Shown here in pieces: positions 60,770 through 64,000 of a stretch of 64,000 nucleotides of DNA. The stretch's first letter is position 1, and each line of letters begins with the position of its first letter. Source of the DNA: Lophium mytilinum (taxonomy: Eukaryota); the NCBI GenBank assembly GCA_010093605.1, contig MU004181.1, forward strand, positions 3,658,001-3,722,000. The letters are read 5' to 3'. Below the pieces are notes generated by a model. It saw only the letters and a list, made by a program, of their open reading frames with translations, was not told the DNA's origin and ran no database searches. Both the position numbers and the translations under genes were made by a program.

Positions 60770-62938
60770 ATGACGAAGGGTACAGACCACATAGACAAAG
60801 GCCGCGATGAGCTAAGCCCTGTCAAGAGAAAGCCTGTCGCCTCCCCATCCAGGTCCAGGAAGAGTTGGCATGTCACTCCCAATACCTTCCTCGCATCAAC
60901 TGTTCTCGGCGCGGCACTGTTGAGCTGGCCTCTGCGGTGGATCGTCTCTGGGGCACCTTTGCTCGTGTACACCATTCTGCTAGGCGCTTCGAAGGAGTAT
61001 CGGATCCTGCCCTACATACCGCTCTGGACACTTTTTACCACCCTGAACCTTGTCTATGCAGTCGCAGCCACATCCTGGCTGCTCTATTGGGTGTTTGCGG
61101 CCTTTTGCTACCCGACCATCCTGCTGGCATGCCTCTTCCAATTCGATGCTGCTGCGAAACGGGCACGATGGGCTTTCAGAACCTTGCTCCGCGACTTGCA
61201 TTTCATCAACGACAAAATCGCCTTCTTCAACCTGCCAGCACTGGAAATAGACACGGACGTGGACGGTCTTTTGGTCGTCCGAGGATTTACCTTCTCCCTC
61301 TCAAGCTTAACCGTTGTTGCACACGGAATCGAAGTAGGCATCAAACTCTCCGATGACATGGAACTTGCGATACAGACTGAGAAAGTAACCATATCACTAC
61401 TGAGGAAGATTGAGATTGATGACGTCTATGCCAATGTTAAGGGTGGAGAATTTGAGATGACATTTGGTACACTCCAAAAGGATACCCACGACAAGGATGG
61501 TGATGCGATCATGGTGACGAACACACCTCTTCTAAGGGCGGCATCTGCTGCTCTCGATGGAACGATGCCAAGCCGACAGAAGATGAAAGCAGCCATGGTA
61601 GATGGTGCTATTTTGGAAGACTCATCAGATCCAGCCGAAATCATCGGCTCTATTCAACGACTGTCCCCTGATGACGAGAAGGCGAGCACGACTTACAAAG
61701 ATGTTCTTCGTAGGATCACAGACACGTGTACAGCCAACATCGCCAGGAAGACGCTAGAAGACATATCAGTAGCCGGCCAAGTCGACGCCGCATCGAATCT
61801 GAATAACGCCAACGATATGCGAGCTGCGATATGCGCGAGCATCCACGACCAAGCTACGATACCCCACCCGCCGTCAAGGTCCGTCAGGGTATCTACTCTT
61901 CAAAATTCATCCTCTCCGGCGGTAAAGAAGTTCATGCATCGTTTACCGCTACTTCTTCGATTACTCCTATACCCGCTTAGCTACTTCCATCCCATCACCA
62001 TCAAATCTTTGACGATCGCAGGGTCTGGAAAGTGGATGGTCCACTTGATGAAACACTACCTGTTCAAACACTACTCATCTCAAGATGCTGAGGTTCGCCG
62101 AATTGAGGATCGAATTGATGCATGGATGTCAGATGCGAATTTCGCGGTAGAGCTTGGCCCGATGTATTGCATGGCGTCAGTGCCAATCAACACAGAGCAC
62201 GACATTGAATGCCACCTCAAGATAGAGGACTTCATGGCTTACCGTACCATCACCGAGTCAGTGACTCTAAGTCAGGTCATTCGACTTGGAGGTGCAGATG
62301 CGACAGTCTCAATACCATCCTATCTTCTTCCCCACCATGAGCATATCCTCCCGAAGAAGCCAACTCAGGAAGATGAAATGGAGCAAGAGCAGGCCGTTGC
62401 CGACGCCGAAGGAACTCCAAATACTGTCCTAGCAGAACGAGCACTGGAGCAGCTGGTTAAGGACGAAAGCAACATTACTATTTCTGCTCATGCGCACTTG
62501 CCGGCCTGTTTTGATCAAGAACTACTCAACTTCACGGCTGCGCTCGTCAAAGCTACCAAGGTCATCGAAATGGAACGAGATTTCGAAGAACACGATTCTC
62601 TTCGCGAGATTAGACGCTCAGAGAGTAACGCTTCCAATAGCAGTTTGGGCATTGCGAGTGGCAACGAGGACAGTCAAAAGGCAGGCTTCAAAGACTTCAT
62701 GCGCAAAATGGACCGTGGGATGAAGGAGATCCCCGGAAATTTCCAGCATGGTATGCGCAAGGCTGGCCACAACACAGTGAATGCCATGGCGAACGATCGG
62801 TGGATTGCGAAATTGGTCGGGAAGGTTATGAGGAAACTGGAGAATGCGCAAGGGGATGTGGGATACTCGGGTAACATCCCAATAGCATTGGACTTCTACC
62901 GCAAGAAGGCAGAGCCCGAGTCCAAGTTATTGCCATAG
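60770..62938 (+). CDS. Uncharacterised membrane-anchored protein (~722 aa), intronless
   Basis: Long ORF with first ATG at 60770, N-terminal hydrophobic helices and a beta-rich middle. Family not recognised. Confidence 0.82.
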   Translation: MTKGTDHIDKGRDELSPVKRKPVASPSRSRKSWHVTPNTFLASTVLGAALLSWPLRWIVSGAPLLVYTILLGASKEYRILPYIPLWTLFTTLNLVYAVAATSWLLYWVFAAFCYPTILLACLFQFDAAAKRARWAFRTLLRDLHFINDKIAFFNLPALEIDTDVDGLLVVRGFTFSLSSLTVVAHGIEVGIKLSDDMELAIQTEKVTISLLRKIEIDDVYANVKGGEFEMTFGTLQKDTHDKDGDAIMVTNTPLLRAASAALDGTMPSRQKMKAAMVDGAILEDSSDPAEIIGSIQRLSPDDEKASTTYKDVLRRITDTCTANIARKTLEDISVAGQVDAASNLNNANDMRAAICASIHDQATIPHPPSRSVRVSTLQNSSSPAVKKFMHRLPLLLRLLLYPLSYFHPITIKSLTIAGSGKWMVHLMKHYLFKHYSSQDAEVRRIEDRIDAWMSDANFAVELGPMYCMASVPINTEHDIECHLKIEDFMAYRTITESVTLSQVIRLGGADATVSIPSYLLPHHEHILPKKPTQEDEMEQEQAVADAEGTPNTVLAERALEQLVKDESNITISAHAHLPACFDQELLNFTAALVKATKVIEMERDFEEHDSLREIRRSESNASNSSLGIASGNEDSQKAGFKDFMRKMDRGMKEIPGNFQHGMRKAGHNTVNAMANDRWIAKLVGKVMRKLENAQGDVGYSGNIPIALDFYRKKAEPESKLLP

Positions 62939-63306
62939 CTGCTCAGGTCCCTTGGTAGATGCGTCATGATGAGCACGAAGGAGCGTAAGTCTGGTTCCTA
63001 TTATACCCTTCCCTAGTTTCGACTTCTGTTAGTCGTGCGTCAGCATAGATTATCACTGGCCTTTTCTCGAAATAGCGAAACCTAATGCACATCTTCTCAT
63101 CAAGTCTTCCTGGCACCTTCACGTGATCTCGGAGATCGTCATGCTGTGGTGCGGACTTCGCCCTCAATTCCGGTCTTTCCTCCGTACCATCTTATACATA
63201 TAAACTGCGGTCGATATCAAGAACATATTTTATCCTGCAACTCAGAGACCTACACAAAGTCAACTTCCTTCCATCCTAAGTCTCGTTATCCGATTCCAAT
63301 AGCGTC

Positions 63307-64000
63307 ATGGCCTCCCTATCCACCCTAGCCGTCGTCAGCCAAAGCGGCGAATCCATTAGCTTCTTCAACAACATCACTGGAGAATTCACCGACCGTACAG
63401 AAAATCTGGCCGCAGAGCCGCACGATCTCGCATATGACAGTCCCCGAAACCTGCTTTACGTCAGCCACACCTACAGCCACGGCCACTACTTCGCCCACGG
63501 CTCCATCTGCAACACCATCAGCGTTATAGACGCCACCACAAGAAAATTTACCGACGCCATTGAACTCACCCCATTCGGCGGCCCTCACGGCCTCAGCATC
63601 TCGCCAGACAACACCATCCTCTACGCAACCGTGGAAACCGGCTTCCCAAATGGCGGCGGCCTCATCGGGATCAATCTCGCTTCCCGCACGATCGTAAAGA
63701 GCATCCCCAGCGACAGCCGCGCACACTGGTTCGCACTGACGCCGGACGGGAAGAAGGCCTACACGAGTAACATGAACAGCCCGTTCATCTCGGTCTTGGA
63801 CCTCGAAAGCGAGCAGCTGGTCAAGAAGATACCGGTCACGGGAAGCAGCCAGGGTGCTGTGAGCGTTGATGGCCGCTTCGCGTATTTCCCCACGCCGTCG
63901 GCACAAATGAAGCTTGAGATTCAGCCCACTATCGAGGTGGTCGACACGAGCACGGACGAGATTGTGAAGACGATACCGTTTGATGAGGGTATTGGAGCGT
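63307..64000 (+). CDS. YVTN/YncE-type beta-propeller protein (truncated by window end)
   Basis: Open from MASLSTLAVVSQSGESISFF to the window edge. Blade repeats EPHDLAYD..LLYVS, NTISVID, GPHGLSISPD..LYAT, ALTPDGKKAYTSN..ISVLD, VKKIPV, VKTIP. Confidence 0.88.
   Translation, partial: MASLSTLAVVSQSGESISFFNNITGEFTDRTENLAAEPHDLAYDSPRNLLYVSHTYSHGHYFAHGSICNTISVIDATTRKFTDAIELTPFGGPHGLSISPDNTILYATVETGFPNGGGLIGINLASRTIVKSIPSDSRAHWFALTPDGKKAYTSNMNSPFISVLDLESEQLVKKIPVTGSSQGAVSVDGRFAYFPTPSAQMKLEIQPTIEVVDTSTDEIVKTIPFDEGIGA

Noticed and set aside
63325..63906. 193-aa minus-strand ORF
   Set aside because: Antisense shadow of the YVTN gene, which the track omitted because it has no stop in the window.

Overview
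Filamentous ascomycete genomic DNA (probably a Dothideomycete; this is an inference), with short GT-AG introns and CTRAC branch points. The window holds about 23 protein-coding genes and one tRNA-Leu(AAG). Core genes include an Msg5/Pmp1-type MAPK phosphatase, TrpRS, Ups1/PRELI, an OSCA/TMEM63 channel and gamma-tubulin complex GCP3. They are interleaved with two accessory-looking blocks. Block 1 (7.7-19.2 kb) is DmpA-type amidase <- -> PTS2-bearing acyl-CoA ligase, then Upc2-like Zn2Cys6 factor <- -> ABCB/MDR transporter. Both divergent promoters are enriched in CTCGT cores, two of them the Upc2 element TCGTATA within an identical 10-mer, and a ~630 bp TIR element sits 62 bp upstream of the TF start codon. 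Block 2 (52-60 kb, beside the tRNA) has a RIP-like 149 bp tandem duplication, a gene relic, an atypical Zn-cluster protein, a DUF1772-like gene and a P450. Reading through introns also revealed a 99-aa stand-alone RfeG-like microprotein that the ORF track misses. A bacterial-type YVTN beta-propeller gene runs off the right edge. All family calls come from motif recognition only; no searches were run.
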